Below are positions 1-10,227 of a DNA stretch of 64,000 nt, in pieces. The stretch comes from Rhodospirillales bacterium (lineage in GTDB: Bacteria; Pseudomonadota; Alphaproteobacteria; SMXQ01): the NCBI GenBank assembly GCA_018666775.1, contig JABIXC010000011.1, positions 12,881 through 76,880 on the forward strand, given 5' to 3'. How positions within the stretch are numbered: the first letter of the stretch is position 1; each line of letters starts with the position of its first letter. Both the position numbers and the translations under genes were made by a program. The notes beneath the pieces are model-generated. The model was given only the letters and a program-made list of their open reading frames with translations. It was not told the DNA's origin and searched no databases.

Positions 1-453
1 GGGCAAACTGACATTGGTATTGAATCCACCGTTATTAATCTCAGTGAAAATACCCCTACCCTGTTGCGGCCCGGCTTTGTCACTCAGGAAATGATCGAAC
101 AGGTCATCGGGCCGTTGATGATTCCAAAAGATAACAGTGAAGATGGCGCGCATAAATCACCGGGCCGCGAATTGCGCCATTATGCGCCGAAGCACCCGCT
201 GCGCATCAACGTGACCGAGCTGCAACCAGGCGATGTCCTGCTTGCCTTTGGTGAATCCATTCCAGATCATGGGGATATGGTCCTTAACCTCAGCCCCAAA
301 GGGGACCTTCGGGAAGCAGCAGCCAACCTGTTTGCCATGCTTCACACCCTTGATAGGGCCGCCCCAAAGGCAATTGCCGTCATGGCCATTCCCGAAACCG
401 GACTGGGGGTCGCCATCAATGACCGTCTGCGCCGCGCTGCCCATTCTGACTAG
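1..453 (+). CDS. L-threonylcarbamoyladenylate synthase (Sua5/TsaC type), C-terminal part; the 5' end lies outside the window
   Basis: The reading frame is open from nt 1. The translation GQTDIGIESTVINL...LLRPGFVTQEMIEQVIG matches the Sua5 C-terminal domain. Confidence 0.7.
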   Translation, partial: GQTDIGIESTVINLSENTPTLLRPGFVTQEMIEQVIGPLMIPKDNSEDGAHKSPGRELRHYAPKHPLRINVTELQPGDVLLAFGESIPDHGDMVLNLSPKGDLREAAANLFAMLHTLDRAAPKAIAVMAIPETGLGVAINDRLRRAAHSD

Positions 454-544
454 ACCCTCTTGCCCAAACCCATCAGGCGGGATTAAATAAAGCCTGACCT
501 TCACCGAAGACCAACCAATAAAAATACCACCACAGGGAAACATC

Positions 545-1972
545 ATGGACAAAGCCATTCTTGACCAATTTCATAACGCCCTTGGCGATCGTGGGGTTCT
601 GACAGAACCCGGTGATATGGCGCCTTTTGTCGAAGATCACCGTGAAATGTATGAAGGTTCCGCCGCCGCCGTGCTGCGCCCCGCCAATACAGAAGAAGTC
701 TCCGCTGCTGTTACCATTTGTGCCAAACACAAAATCCCCATTGTCCCCCAGGGTGGCAATACCGGGCTGGTTGGTGGGTCCGTTCCCGATCAATCTGGCG
801 ATGCGGTCGTGCTCAGCCTTGGCCGCATGAACACCATCCGAAAAATGGACCCCCTTAACAACACCATGACGGTAGAAGCCGGGTGCGTTCTTGCTGATCT
901 CCAATCTGCGGCCGCCGATGCGGACCGTCTGTTCCCATTAAGCTTGGGGGCAGAAGGCAGCTGCATGATTGGCGGCAATCTTTCCACCAATGCCGGTGGG
1001 GTTCAGGTGCTTAAATACGGCAATGCCCGTGAACTGGCCCTCGGCCTTGAGGTCGTGCTTCCCGATGGCCGCATCTGGCATGGCCTGAATGCCCTGCGCA
1101 AAGACAACACGGGATACGATATTAAACAGTGGTTTTTTGGGGCCGAAGGCACGCTTGGCATCATTACCGCAGCCGTGGTGAAACTGTTTCCCCGCCCCCG
1201 ACAACAGGAAACAGCCTTTCTGGCAGTGCCAAAGCTTGATGATGTGCTCACTATTCTTTCCGATGCCCGCGCCGCATCCGGCGATTGCGTAACCGCCTTT
1301 GAATTGATCCCCCGCGTTGGAGTCGACCTTGTGATCAAACATTTTGAAGGCAGCAGGGTCCCCGTTGAAACCGTATCGCCCTGGTACGTTTTGATGCAAT
1401 GGAGTGCCGGGGACAGCGACACAACCGAAGACGGTGAAACCGGCCTGCGCCACGGGTTGGAAAACTTTCTAGAAAGCCGGTTCGATGCAGGTAGTGTCAC
1501 CGATGCGGCCCTTGCATCCAGTGAAGCCCAAACCAAAGACCTTTGGCATTTCCGGGAAGTCTTGCCCGAATCCCAAACCCGTGAAGGCGGCTCTATCAAA
1601 CATGATGTCTCTGTCCCGGTGTCTCAGGTTGCCACGTTCATTCATGAAGGCACACGCCGTTTGGAAGAAAAACTGGATGGCATCCGGGTGTTTCCCTTTG
1701 GCCATGTAGGGGATGGCAACATTCATTTTAACGTGAGCCAACCGCTGGGCATGGACAAGACCGAATTTTACAAACATTGGGATAAAATGAACCGGGTGGT
1801 TCATGATCTGGTCATGGAAATGGGTGGCAGTTTTTCTGCAGAACACGGGATTGGGCGTTTGAAGAAAGACGAACTGGCCCATTATGCCGATCCCTTGAAA
1901 CTGGAATTGATGCAGCGTTTGAAAAACACCCTTGACCCTGATGGGATCATGAACCCCGGCAAAGTTTTATAG
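545..1972 (+). CDS. FAD-binding oxidoreductase (GlcD / D-lactate or D-2-hydroxyglutarate dehydrogenase family)
   Basis: A 475 aa ORF with an FAD-binding PCMH region (PIVPQGGNTGLVGGS) and a C-terminal FAD-oxidase domain (GGSFSAEHGIGRLK...IMNPGKVL). Confidence 0.8.
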   Translation: MDKAILDQFHNALGDRGVLTEPGDMAPFVEDHREMYEGSAAAVLRPANTEEVSAAVTICAKHKIPIVPQGGNTGLVGGSVPDQSGDAVVLSLGRMNTIRKMDPLNNTMTVEAGCVLADLQSAAADADRLFPLSLGAEGSCMIGGNLSTNAGGVQVLKYGNARELALGLEVVLPDGRIWHGLNALRKDNTGYDIKQWFFGAEGTLGIITAAVVKLFPRPRQQETAFLAVPKLDDVLTILSDARAASGDCVTAFELIPRVGVDLVIKHFEGSRVPVETVSPWYVLMQWSAGDSDTTEDGETGLRHGLENFLESRFDAGSVTDAALASSEAQTKDLWHFREVLPESQTREGGSIKHDVSVPVSQVATFIHEGTRRLEEKLDGIRVFPFGHVGDGNIHFNVSQPLGMDKTEFYKHWDKMNRVVHDLVMEMGGSFSAEHGIGRLKKDELAHYADPLKLELMQRLKNTLDPDGIMNPGKVL

Positions 1973-2000
1973 CCATCAAAGAACGAACCCGGACCCAGCG

Positions 2001-2417
2001 ATGAACACCCCCCAATTCCGGCCTCTCACCCTTCCGTGGCGACGGACAGCTTTGGTGCTGTGGGGTATTTCGATCACAGCCATTACAGTCTTGTCCTTGC
2101 ATCCCAGATGGGGGCCGCCCGGGGGCATGCATTTGGACAAACTGTTTCATACCCTTGGCTATTTCACCGTGGCGGCCTTACCCTTTCTTGCCTTCACCAC
2201 CCGGACGCGTGCATGGCGCGCGATGGTGTTGATGCTGCCCCTTGGGATTGGCCTGGAATTTCTTCAGCAATATGTCCCCGGACGATCATCAGATGTGATG
2301 GATATGGTGGCCAATACAGCCGGGGTCATTATGGGCGGACTTGGCGGGCCGTGGTGCCTGAAAGTGGCAGATAGTTTGATCCAGCAGATCAATCCCGGTG
2401 CAAAAAAAGAGCCCTGA
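2001..2417 (+). CDS. VanZ-like family membrane protein
   Basis: A 138 aa hydrophobic protein with DKLFHTLGY and GRSSDVMDMVANTAG motifs typical of VanZ. Confidence 0.55.
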   Translation: MNTPQFRPLTLPWRRTALVLWGISITAITVLSLHPRWGPPGGMHLDKLFHTLGYFTVAALPFLAFTTRTRAWRAMVLMLPLGIGLEFLQQYVPGRSSDVMDMVANTAGVIMGGLGGPWCLKVADSLIQQINPGAKKEP

Positions 2418-2473
2418 TTTCGGGGTTTGAAATACACGCACCGCCTTTGCCCTACCGGCCTTCATGCTAAAAA

Positions 2474-2508
2474 GCCCCGGCATCTGACCCGGGGCATTGC
2501 CCTTTTTT
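2474..2508 (+). terminator. putative intrinsic terminator after the VanZ-like gene
   Basis: GCCCCGG / CCGGGGC 7-bp stem with an 8-nt loop, followed by CCTTTTTT. Confidence 0.4.
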
Positions 2509-2652
2509 GAATATTTTCAGAATACCTAGTATTTTTAGTAGGGTTTCTTCATTTCCGGGCATTTTCATACATTGTTATGAAAACTAATCTATATCCCTCA
2601 TATCCTTTGTGAATTTGTTTTTATGTTTTTTTATCTATGCCCTCGTGTATAA

Positions 2653-3372
2653 TTGGCCACCACTCTTTCCAAGGTGTTTGTTCTGAAAATACTGATCGCA
2701 GATGACCATCCCCTGTACCGCGAAGGATTGTCACGTCTCGTTGCCGGTCTCGATGATGATCCAGTCATTGTCGAAGCGGGAGACTTTACCGAAACACTCA
2801 GCCGTATCCAAAATGATGGTCCCTTTGACCTCATCCTCTGCGATCTCAGGATGCCTGGTGGAGAAGCCATTCCTGCCATTCGCAATGTCATTTCCCAAAG
2901 TGGTGACATCCCAGTTGTTGTCGTTTCCGGTTTTGAAACCCGGCAAAATGTTGAGGGATCATTGGAGGCGGGTGCACGGGGGTTTTTACCAAAATCAACG
3001 CCACCTGCGGTGATGTTAAATGCGCTGCAATTGGTTCTGCTTGGTGAAATTTACGTCCCAAAATCTCTGATCACCAATGAATACGGCTCCGGGGAATCAG
3101 AGAACACCGGCAACCGCCCTGACATGAGCAAAATCCAGGTCCAGATCGACATGCTGACCCAGCGCCAACGCGGCGTGCTTGCCCTGATCGGACAAGGCAT
3201 GTCCAACCGGGATATTGCTGGACGGCTCGATATCTCTGAGGGCACCGTCAAGGTCCACGTTGGGGCTATCTTGAAAACCCTGGATGTAAACAACCGCACC
3301 CAGGCGGCATTGGCGGCAACCGAGCTCGGGATCACGCCCTTGGATGATGACAGACAGGTCGTTGCTAAATAA
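2653..3372 (+). CDS. LuxR/FixJ-family two-component response regulator (REC plus HTH)
   Basis: Receiver motifs ILIADDHPL and DLILCDLRMPG plus a C-terminal LuxR HTH (QRQRGVLALIGQGMSNRDIAGRLDISEGTVKVHV). The true start may be the GTG near 2674. Confidence 0.85.
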   Translation: MATTLSKVFVLKILIADDHPLYREGLSRLVAGLDDDPVIVEAGDFTETLSRIQNDGPFDLILCDLRMPGGEAIPAIRNVISQSGDIPVVVVSGFETRQNVEGSLEAGARGFLPKSTPPAVMLNALQLVLLGEIYVPKSLITNEYGSGESENTGNRPDMSKIQVQIDMLTQRQRGVLALIGQGMSNRDIAGRLDISEGTVKVHVGAILKTLDVNNRTQAALAATELGITPLDDDRQVVAK

Positions 3373-3448
3373 GCAACCCGACGCCAAGCACGCCACCTCC
3401 AGACACTAGAGCCACCAAATACTAGAACCACTGTGGCCTTCCAGCTTT

Positions 3449-3814
3449 TTATTCCAGAATTTCGCGCAGCTCGGAAATGCTGACCGGCTTGGTCAAGGTC
3501 GTGACGCCTTTCAGCTCACCCTTTTCAGCAAGTTCGCGGGCCGAGTCCGTAAAATGAGGGTTGTGGCCCGTCACAAATACAATTTTTGCACGGCATTTTT
3601 CATGGGCAAGCCAATGGGCAAGTTCTACCCCGTCCACTTCCGGCATGACCAAATCCAGCACAACGACCGTCGGATCAAATTGCTCATAAATATCGGCAAA
3701 TTCATCCGCCTTTTCTGCGACCCGCACCTCGTAGCCCAGACCTTCCGCTACAGCACGAACAATCTCAGCAAAGGCTGGTTCGTCATCAATGGCAAGCAAC
3801 CTTTTATCGCCCAT
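3449..3814 (-). CDS. single-domain response regulator (CheY-like receiver)
   Basis: A 121 aa protein with LLAIDDEP, VVVLDLVMPEVDG and TKP motifs and no output domain. Confidence 0.85.
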   Translation of the reverse strand: MGDKRLLAIDDEPAFAEIVRAVAEGLGYEVRVAEKADEFADIYEQFDPTVVVLDLVMPEVDGVELAHWLAHEKCRAKIVFVTGHNPHFTDSARELAEKGELKGVTTLTKPVSISELREILE

Positions 3815-3904
3815 TGCCCCCTCCGAATTTGTTGCAAACCGTTCTCATACTTCTAGTACTACAACCTAACATGGCCACAAATGCAAACAGTCATGATAAT
3901 CGAA

Positions 3905-3936
3905 CAAATATTACCATAAATGAAATACCATATTTG
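3905..3936. promoter_or_regulatory. inverted repeat CAAATAT-N17-ATATTTG with internal TACCATA direct repeats, in the divergent promoter region
   Basis: Read directly in the AT-rich spacer between the receiver gene (-) and the amidohydrolase operon (+). Confidence 0.2.
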
Positions 3937-4031
3937 TTGAATACCCCACCTTTTGCTATACTGGACGATAATTAGAATACAATCCATTAAAACACCTGCC
4001 CACGGAACCACGCGGGCAAGAGAGGGAGAGA

Positions 4032-5096
4032 ATGGCCCAAAGCCTTAAAACCATTGATGCTGATGCGCATGTTGTTGAAACCCCGTTGACCTTCGAATTT
4101 ATGGAGGAATCGGAAAAAAAGTTCACGCCACTGGTAACCAACCAGGTTTCCGGCGCCCAACAACTCAGCAATGAAGGCAACGTCCGATCCGAATACTGGA
4201 TCGTTGATAACAACGTCTATGCCAAGGATCGCAATGTCGACAGCCGTTCCGCCACAGAATGGCGTGAAATGACCGACATCAAAGGCCGCGTCAATCACAT
4301 GGATGAATTGAATATTGACGTTCAAATCCTGTATCCAACGCTGTTTTTGCGCCCCTGCACCGACAATTTCGAAATCGAATTTGCGCTGTTCCGTTCCTAT
4401 AACCGTTGGCTCGCCAGCATCTGGAAACAGGCGCCCGAACGTTTGCCTTGGGTTGCCATGGCACCGCTGCATTCGCCAATCGAAAAAATCCGTGAAGAAC
4501 TGGAATGGTGCAAGGCCAATGGCGCCAAGGGCATTTTCATGCGCCCATTGGAATGTGAAAAAGAAGCGTCTGATCCATACTTCTTCCCGTTCTACGAAGT
4601 TGCCCAAGAATTAAATCTTGGCATTTGCTTCCACGCGGGCAATGGCAGCTTCAAGGTCCATGATTTCTTCTTTCCAACCAATTTCCCGATCCATAAACTA
4701 AGCATGGTTGGGGCCTTCCACGGGCTGGTCATGAATGAAATTCCCCAGCGTTTCCCTGAATTACGCTGGGCCTTCATCGAGGCATCGTCGCAATGGCTTG
4801 GCTATGCCGCCCATGATTTGGCCATCCGCCAAAAGAAAAAAGGCAAACGCCCATCCAGCAACATTCTTGCCGATAACAATATCTGGATCGCGGTTCAGGT
4901 GGATGATGATCTTGATTACATCCTTGATCGGTATGCCGATGAAAACTATCTGGTTGTGGGCACCGATTATGGCCACACCGATACGTCAGCCGAAATTGAA
5001 GCCCTGCGCATGATCCGCGACGACGGGAAAATCCCGTCATCGGTGGTCGATAAAATCCTCGGCCCTAATGCCGCCAAACTTTACGATCTGGGTTAA
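4032..5096 (+). CDS. amidohydrolase-2 family protein (PF04909, ACMSD/LigW/LigJ-like metal-dependent hydrolase/decarboxylase), paralog A
   Basis: A 354 aa ORF whose N-terminus reads IDADAHVVETPLT, with MDELNIDVQILYPTLFLR and C-terminal VGTDYGHTDTSAEI. It has a strong Shine-Dalgarno site (GAGGGAG) and is a close paralog of the ORFs at 54937 and 61385. Confidence 0.85.
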   Translation: MAQSLKTIDADAHVVETPLTFEFMEESEKKFTPLVTNQVSGAQQLSNEGNVRSEYWIVDNNVYAKDRNVDSRSATEWREMTDIKGRVNHMDELNIDVQILYPTLFLRPCTDNFEIEFALFRSYNRWLASIWKQAPERLPWVAMAPLHSPIEKIREELEWCKANGAKGIFMRPLECEKEASDPYFFPFYEVAQELNLGICFHAGNGSFKVHDFFFPTNFPIHKLSMVGAFHGLVMNEIPQRFPELRWAFIEASSQWLGYAAHDLAIRQKKKGKRPSSNILADNNIWIAVQVDDDLDYILDRYADENYLVVGTDYGHTDTSAEIEALRMIRDDGKIPSSVVDKILGPNAAKLYDLG

Positions 5097-5198
5097 TCTT
5101 TTCGATTACAAATCATAAGCCACCGAACCCGGCAGGGTGCTGTTCGCACCTGCTGCTATTTTTTAAGAACAACAACACAAGAATGGGAGTTACATAAC

Positions 5199-5933
5199 AT
5201 GGCCTTCAAAAGCTGGAGAGGAACAGTCGGCATGATCAAACCGACGCGCCGTCCTGGATCACTGGAAGAGTTGATCCGCATGTTGCCAGAAGGCATTGGG
5301 GTTATCCCCCTGTTCCTGAGCATCAATCAGGGCACGACCGATGAATTCAAACGTGCGGTTGAACCCTTTATCCCATTGCTGGATGAACTAGCCGAAGAAG
5401 AAGTCGATCTCATGCATCCCGAAGGGGCACCGCCTTTCATGCTGTTGGGGTTTGATGGCGAAGCGGAACTGATCAAAAAATGGGAAAAACGCTACAACAC
5501 GCCCATTTTCACCTCTGGCACGAACCACGTCACGGCGCTGCGTGCCTTGAAAGCCAAAAAAATTGTCGGTGCAACGTATTTCACCGGTGAGATTAACAAC
5601 ATGTTTGGCAACTACTTCAAAGAGGCCGGATTTGATGTGCTGGCCATGGAAGGCATCGACCAGCCCTTTGATAAAATCGGGCAACTGTCTTCGGAACAGG
5701 TCTATGCCCACGTCAAGGAAATCGCCCTGAGATATCCCGAAGCCGATGCGGTTTACCTGCTGGGTTCGGGCTGGCGTGTGTTGCCGGTGATCGATATTCT
5801 GGAACAAGACCTGGGCATTCCCGTCGTCCATCCAGTGCCCGCGCGGTGCTGGGAAATCCAGAAGCGCCTGAACGTTCACCAACCGGTTGAAGGCTTTGGC
5901 TATCTTCTGGCTGAAATGGTCGACATGGACTAA
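5199..5933 (+). CDS. Asp/Glu/hydantoin racemase superfamily protein (arylmalonate decarboxylase / maleate isomerase-like)
   Basis: 244 aa, the length and fold pattern of the AMDase/maleate-isomerase family. The usual catalytic Cys pair is not obvious. Confidence 0.55.
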   Translation: MAFKSWRGTVGMIKPTRRPGSLEELIRMLPEGIGVIPLFLSINQGTTDEFKRAVEPFIPLLDELAEEEVDLMHPEGAPPFMLLGFDGEAELIKKWEKRYNTPIFTSGTNHVTALRALKAKKIVGATYFTGEINNMFGNYFKEAGFDVLAMEGIDQPFDKIGQLSSEQVYAHVKEIALRYPEADAVYLLGSGWRVLPVIDILEQDLGIPVVHPVPARCWEIQKRLNVHQPVEGFGYLLAEMVDMD

Positions 5934-5981
5934 ACCTACCCGGCCGGGGCAACCCGGCTGGATTATTCTGGAGAACACAGC

Positions 5982-6434
5982 ATGGCCGGAAAAGGGTTTA
6001 CCCCAACAGGCATCCTTCATTTTGCCATTGGTGTTGGTGATCTTGATGAAGGCCGTCGTTTTTATGAAGACGTGCTTGGCTGCACCTATTTGCGCCAAAA
6101 CGATTCCACTGTTTTCTTTCAGGCAGGGGATCAGTATTTCGTCCTGACCAATGCAAAAAACCACACGCCCCCCAATCCGCCCGGGGAATATGAATTTCAC
6201 CATGCCTTTACCGTCGAAGGTGATGGCTTTGATGATGCATTGAAATATGTCGAAGAACAGGGCTATCCCATCTTGATCTATGAAGAAGAAGGCCACCGCA
6301 CCTTCACCGGACGCCACGCCTATATTCAGGACCCGTGGGGAAATTCAATCGAGCTCATCGATTTCCACGGCATCGGCGATTTCTCACGGCCCGATTTTCA
6401 AGGCCGGCAACGTCGCCAGAAGACAGCAGAGTAA
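5982..6434 (+). CDS. VOC family protein (glyoxalase / extradiol dioxygenase fold)
   Basis: A 150 aa protein with the LHFAIGVGDLDEGRRFYEDVLGC beta-alpha-beta-beta-beta motif. Confidence 0.75.
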   Translation: MAGKGFTPTGILHFAIGVGDLDEGRRFYEDVLGCTYLRQNDSTVFFQAGDQYFVLTNAKNHTPPNPPGEYEFHHAFTVEGDGFDDALKYVEEQGYPILIYEEEGHRTFTGRHAYIQDPWGNSIELIDFHGIGDFSRPDFQGRQRRQKTAE

Positions 6435-6440
6435 AAAACC

Positions 6441-7301
6441 CTAATCGGGCAATCCGGCCATCTTTCGCACAGCACCGGGGCTTAAACCCTGATCGCGGAA
6501 ATGCCTCAGGCTCAAGGCATCATTGCGCTTGGCAAGGCGCACCCCGGCACTGTCCTCGATCATGGGGTGATGGTAATATTCGGGCACATCCAACCCCAAC
6601 AAGGCCTGCAAAACCCGGTGCAGATGGGTGACAGGGAACAGATCAATGCCCCGGGTCACCAAGGTCACACTTTGATCTGCATCATCAACGGTGACACTTA
6701 AATGATAACTGGTGCCAATATCCTTACGCGCCAGCACCGCATCCCCAAACTGATTTTGATCCACCGCAATGGGGCCACGTTCCCGTTCAACAAATTCTAG
6801 CGGCCCAACCAGCCCCGCCGCCTTCTCCGCATCCAGACGCATGGCATGCTCAACGCCTGATGCCATACGAGTTTGGCGTTCCCCATCACTGAGTTTCCGA
6901 CACGTGCCGGGATAATCGATTAATCCATTTGAATGGGGCGCATCTGAATGGGGGGCACTGGCGGCGCGCTCAATCTCGGCATTAATTTCACGACGCGTGC
7001 AAAAGCAGGGATAAAGCACGCCCAAGCCTTCAAGCGTGTCCAAGGCGGCGCGATAGGCTGGATGCCTGGAATTTTGGCGCATCACCGGGGTTTCCCATGA
7101 AAGCCCCAACCAGGCCAGATCTTCAAAAATTGCTGCCTCAAAGGCATCGCTGCACCGGGTAATATCAATGTCTTCAATGCGCAGTAAAAACTGGCCCCCG
7201 GTTTTTTGGGCAATATCATGGGCAAACAGGGCCGAATAGGCGTGGCCCAGATGCAAATATCCCGTCGGCGATGGGGCAAATCGGGTTGTTTCGGGGTTCA
7301 T
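6441..7301 (-). CDS. gluQ: tRNA glutamyl-Q(34) synthetase (GluQRS)
   Basis: RFAPSPTGYLHLGHAYSALFAHDIA (a HIGH-type class I motif) and a ~286 aa length typical of truncated GluRS paralogs. Confidence 0.85.
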   Translation of the reverse strand: MNPETTRFAPSPTGYLHLGHAYSALFAHDIAQKTGGQFLLRIEDIDITRCSDAFEAAIFEDLAWLGLSWETPVMRQNSRHPAYRAALDTLEGLGVLYPCFCTRREINAEIERAASAPHSDAPHSNGLIDYPGTCRKLSDGERQTRMASGVEHAMRLDAEKAAGLVGPLEFVERERGPIAVDQNQFGDAVLARKDIGTSYHLSVTVDDADQSVTLVTRGIDLFPVTHLHRVLQALLGLDVPEYYHHPMIEDSAGVRLAKRNDALSLRHFRDQGLSPGAVRKMAGLPD

Positions 7302-7401
7302 GAATGCACTTTCTCAGTTGATCTTTTAATTATGCGGCCCCTCGCCCACAACGCAAGACTGTGATAAGTATTTGGGAAATTCTACACAAGGGAGAAACGC
7401 C

Positions 7402-8289
7402 ATGGATGCGTCCACCGATCAAGGGTTCGAAGACCAATTCACAGAAGTTGAAGGATTTAAAATCCGCTATCTGGAACGCGGCACCGGCCCTGCCGTTATC
7501 ATGCTCCATGGGGCATCGCTTGGATCCTCTGCCGATGTCTTTCGTCGCAACATTGCCGCCATTGGCGATGCGGGCTTGCGGGCCATCTCTCTGGACATGC
7601 CGGGCTTTGGCAAAAGCGACTATTCCGATGATGCATCCATGGGCCTTAAGGTCAAAATCGTCCTGGGCCTGATGGCCGCCCTTGGCATTGATAAGGCATC
7701 CATCATTGGCCATTCCCAAGCCGGCAACACCGCCGTACGCTTGGGCATTGATCACCCTGATCGCATCAACAGCGTGGTTATTCTGGGCACGGGCAGTTTG
7801 CTGCCCCCCCTTGAAAGTGGTGCGGGCCAACGCGAAGAAGCAGCGCGTGAACGGGTCGACCAACGCATGGCGCGCATTGAACCCGGCATTGAAGAAACCC
7901 GCAAGCTTTTAGAAGCAACCGTGTTTCACCACGACCTCATCACCGATGATGAACTGGCCTTGCGCCATTCGCTTTCCGTCGGCCAATGTTTCAAGGCCCA
8001 TGTTGCACGCACCGAATTATCAGCGGCGGCCAAGCAAAAGGCCAAAGATGCGCCTGCAAAACCCGCTGGAAAAGCCATGTGGGAACAGGTTGCTGATTTA
8101 ACCATCCCGTCCTTGATGATCTATGGCCGCGAAGACCGCGCCCGTGCCGCTGATCGGGCTGCCTTGTTGGTAGAAAAGCGCCCGGGCATTAATTTGCACA
8201 TGGCAGAGGGCTGCAAACATCTGGTGCCATGGGATGCATCCGCTATGGTCCACGATTTGGCCATCCCCTTCATGAAGGAAAATTCCTGA
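7402..8289 (+). CDS. alpha/beta-fold hydrolase
   Basis: HGASLGSS followed by a GHSQAG nucleophile elbow. The start was chosen at the ATG preceded by AAGGGAG. Confidence 0.8.
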   Translation: MDASTDQGFEDQFTEVEGFKIRYLERGTGPAVIMLHGASLGSSADVFRRNIAAIGDAGLRAISLDMPGFGKSDYSDDASMGLKVKIVLGLMAALGIDKASIIGHSQAGNTAVRLGIDHPDRINSVVILGTGSLLPPLESGAGQREEAARERVDQRMARIEPGIEETRKLLEATVFHHDLITDDELALRHSLSVGQCFKAHVARTELSAAAKQKAKDAPAKPAGKAMWEQVADLTIPSLMIYGREDRARAADRAALLVEKRPGINLHMAEGCKHLVPWDASAMVHDLAIPFMKENS

Positions 8290-8294
8290 ACGGT

Positions 8295-10151
8295 CTAAAA
8301 CCCGTAATACCAGGGCACAAACAGGGTGAAGGTGATCCACATCACCAGAACCAATGGCCCGCCGGTACGGATAAAGTCGCTAAAGGTGTAATGGCCCGGC
8401 CCCAAGACCAACAGATTGGTCTGATACCCGATGGGGGTCGCAAAGGAACAATTCGCCCCAAAAAGGACCGCCAGCACAAAGGGAAATGGATCAACGCCCA
8501 ACCCATGGGCCAGACTGATGGCGATAGGGGTAAACAAAACGGCCGTTGCATTGTTGGACAACACGTTGGTCATCACGGCCACCACCAGAAAGAACCCTGA
8601 CAACAGTGCCACTGGCCCTACCCCATCCAGGGCATGGATCAAACCTTCTGCAATGAACAATGCGCCCCCGGTATTGGTCAGCGCCGCATTTAACCCCAGC
8701 GCCGCCCCCACCAGAAAGAAGATGCGGCGATCCACCGCCTGAAATGCCTGGCGCAGGGTCAAAACATGGGTCAACACCATCAACACCGCGCCTGAAAATG
8801 CCGCAACGGCGATGGGCAAAATGCCGCATGCTGCCGTTATCACGGTGGCGGCAAAAATAATGCCCGCCAATTCCGCCAAATGGCGCGGCGGCAGGCTGAG
8901 CGCAGATGCATCCATCATCACAAAGCCCTGATGCCCCCGCACCTGATCCAGATCAGCCTCTGTTCCCTGCAGCACAAGCACGTCGCCTTCACGGATACGA
9001 ACATCCGTGATGGCCTTTCGAAGCACATGGGCGCGCCGTTCAATGCCCAACACCAAGCAGCCGAAATTAGCATGAAACCCGGCATCTTTCAGGGTATGGC
9101 CAATAAAGTCCGACCCCGGTGCCACCAGCACCTCCACCAAAACCTGATCGGCCCGAAGGCGGGCTTTGCGCATTTCTTCATCCGCGGGCAGGTCTTCATC
9201 GCTCACCGCAAAATGCAGATGGGGATAGGTGGTCTGGGCTTCGGCCAAGGCATCGCGGGTCGCCAGCACCACCAGCGTATCCCCGGGCTGGACTGTCAAT
9301 CCGTCAAAGGGCGGGGCGGTGGCCTGTTCATCGCGCTGGGATAAAATCACCCGGCTACCGCGAATGCCCAACAGATCAAAGCGGACATCTTCGCCAACCA
9401 GTTTGGATGATTCCGTGACCGTTAATTGCGCGATAAAGCGCCGGTGGGGGCCTTCGGTAAACTGAGCGATGGGGGATGTCCGGTCCTTCAACAGCTTGGG
9501 CGCAATGAACGCCAGATACAAAATACCCACCCCCACCAAAACCAGCCCCGGCACGGCAAAATCGAAAAAGCCAAGCGCGCGTTCCCCAGATTGGCTCAAC
9601 GCACCAGAAATCAAAAGATTGGTCGATGAGCCCATCAGGGTCGTCATGCCCGCCAAGATGGCAACGAATGACAGCGGCATCATGATCCGGCTCACCGAAA
9701 TATTGTGCTGGAGGGCGACCGATTCCAAAATCGGGATAAAGATGATCACCACCGGCGTGTTGTTGATGAACGGGCTGGATAGCAACACCGCCGCAAAGGT
9801 CAGGGCAATGGCGGCGTAACCATTCCCGCCAGTTATGCGCAAGATAAACCGCACCACCCAATCCAGTGCACCCGTGCGCACCAAACCCTGGCCCATAATC
9901 AACAGGCACAACACGGCAATTAATGCAGGATTGGCAAAACCGCTTAACAACAGCGCGGCATCAATTTTTTGAAACCCTGCCATGGGCGCCATGGGGACCA
10001 AGGAAAACCCCAGCAACAACAGCGCCAAAATGACCATGGAGCTGCGCTCGATGTTCAGCCGTTCAGACACATACAGATAAACCGCCACCCCGATCAAACC
10101 GATGCTCATCCAGATATGCAGCTGTGCAGACAATGGCTCGATCATGGTCAC
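8295..10151 (-). CDS. SLC13/DASS-family anion permease with two central TrkA-C domains
   Basis: A 618 aa polytopic protein with a central soluble tandem region carrying RCK_C-type motifs. Confidence 0.8.
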   Translation of the reverse strand: MTMIEPLSAQLHIWMSIGLIGVAVYLYVSERLNIERSSMVILALLLLGFSLVPMAPMAGFQKIDAALLLSGFANPALIAVLCLLIMGQGLVRTGALDWVVRFILRITGGNGYAAIALTFAAVLLSSPFINNTPVVIIFIPILESVALQHNISVSRIMMPLSFVAILAGMTTLMGSSTNLLISGALSQSGERALGFFDFAVPGLVLVGVGILYLAFIAPKLLKDRTSPIAQFTEGPHRRFIAQLTVTESSKLVGEDVRFDLLGIRGSRVILSQRDEQATAPPFDGLTVQPGDTLVVLATRDALAEAQTTYPHLHFAVSDEDLPADEEMRKARLRADQVLVEVLVAPGSDFIGHTLKDAGFHANFGCLVLGIERRAHVLRKAITDVRIREGDVLVLQGTEADLDQVRGHQGFVMMDASALSLPPRHLAELAGIIFAATVITAACGILPIAVAAFSGAVLMVLTHVLTLRQAFQAVDRRIFFLVGAALGLNAALTNTGGALFIAEGLIHALDGVGPVALLSGFFLVVAVMTNVLSNNATAVLFTPIAISLAHGLGVDPFPFVLAVLFGANCSFATPIGYQTNLLVLGPGHYTFSDFIRTGGPLVLVMWITFTLFVPWYYGF

Positions 10152-10227
10152 CGTTCAATAATAGGGGGAATACGCGCAACTGGCAGGGTTTTAGCCTAGA
10201 CGAAGCCTTACTTCAGAGCAACGGGAC

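Noticed and set aside
5388-6317. 309 aa minus-strand ORF
   Set aside because: Antisense to the racemase-fold and VOC genes, which have clear family signatures.
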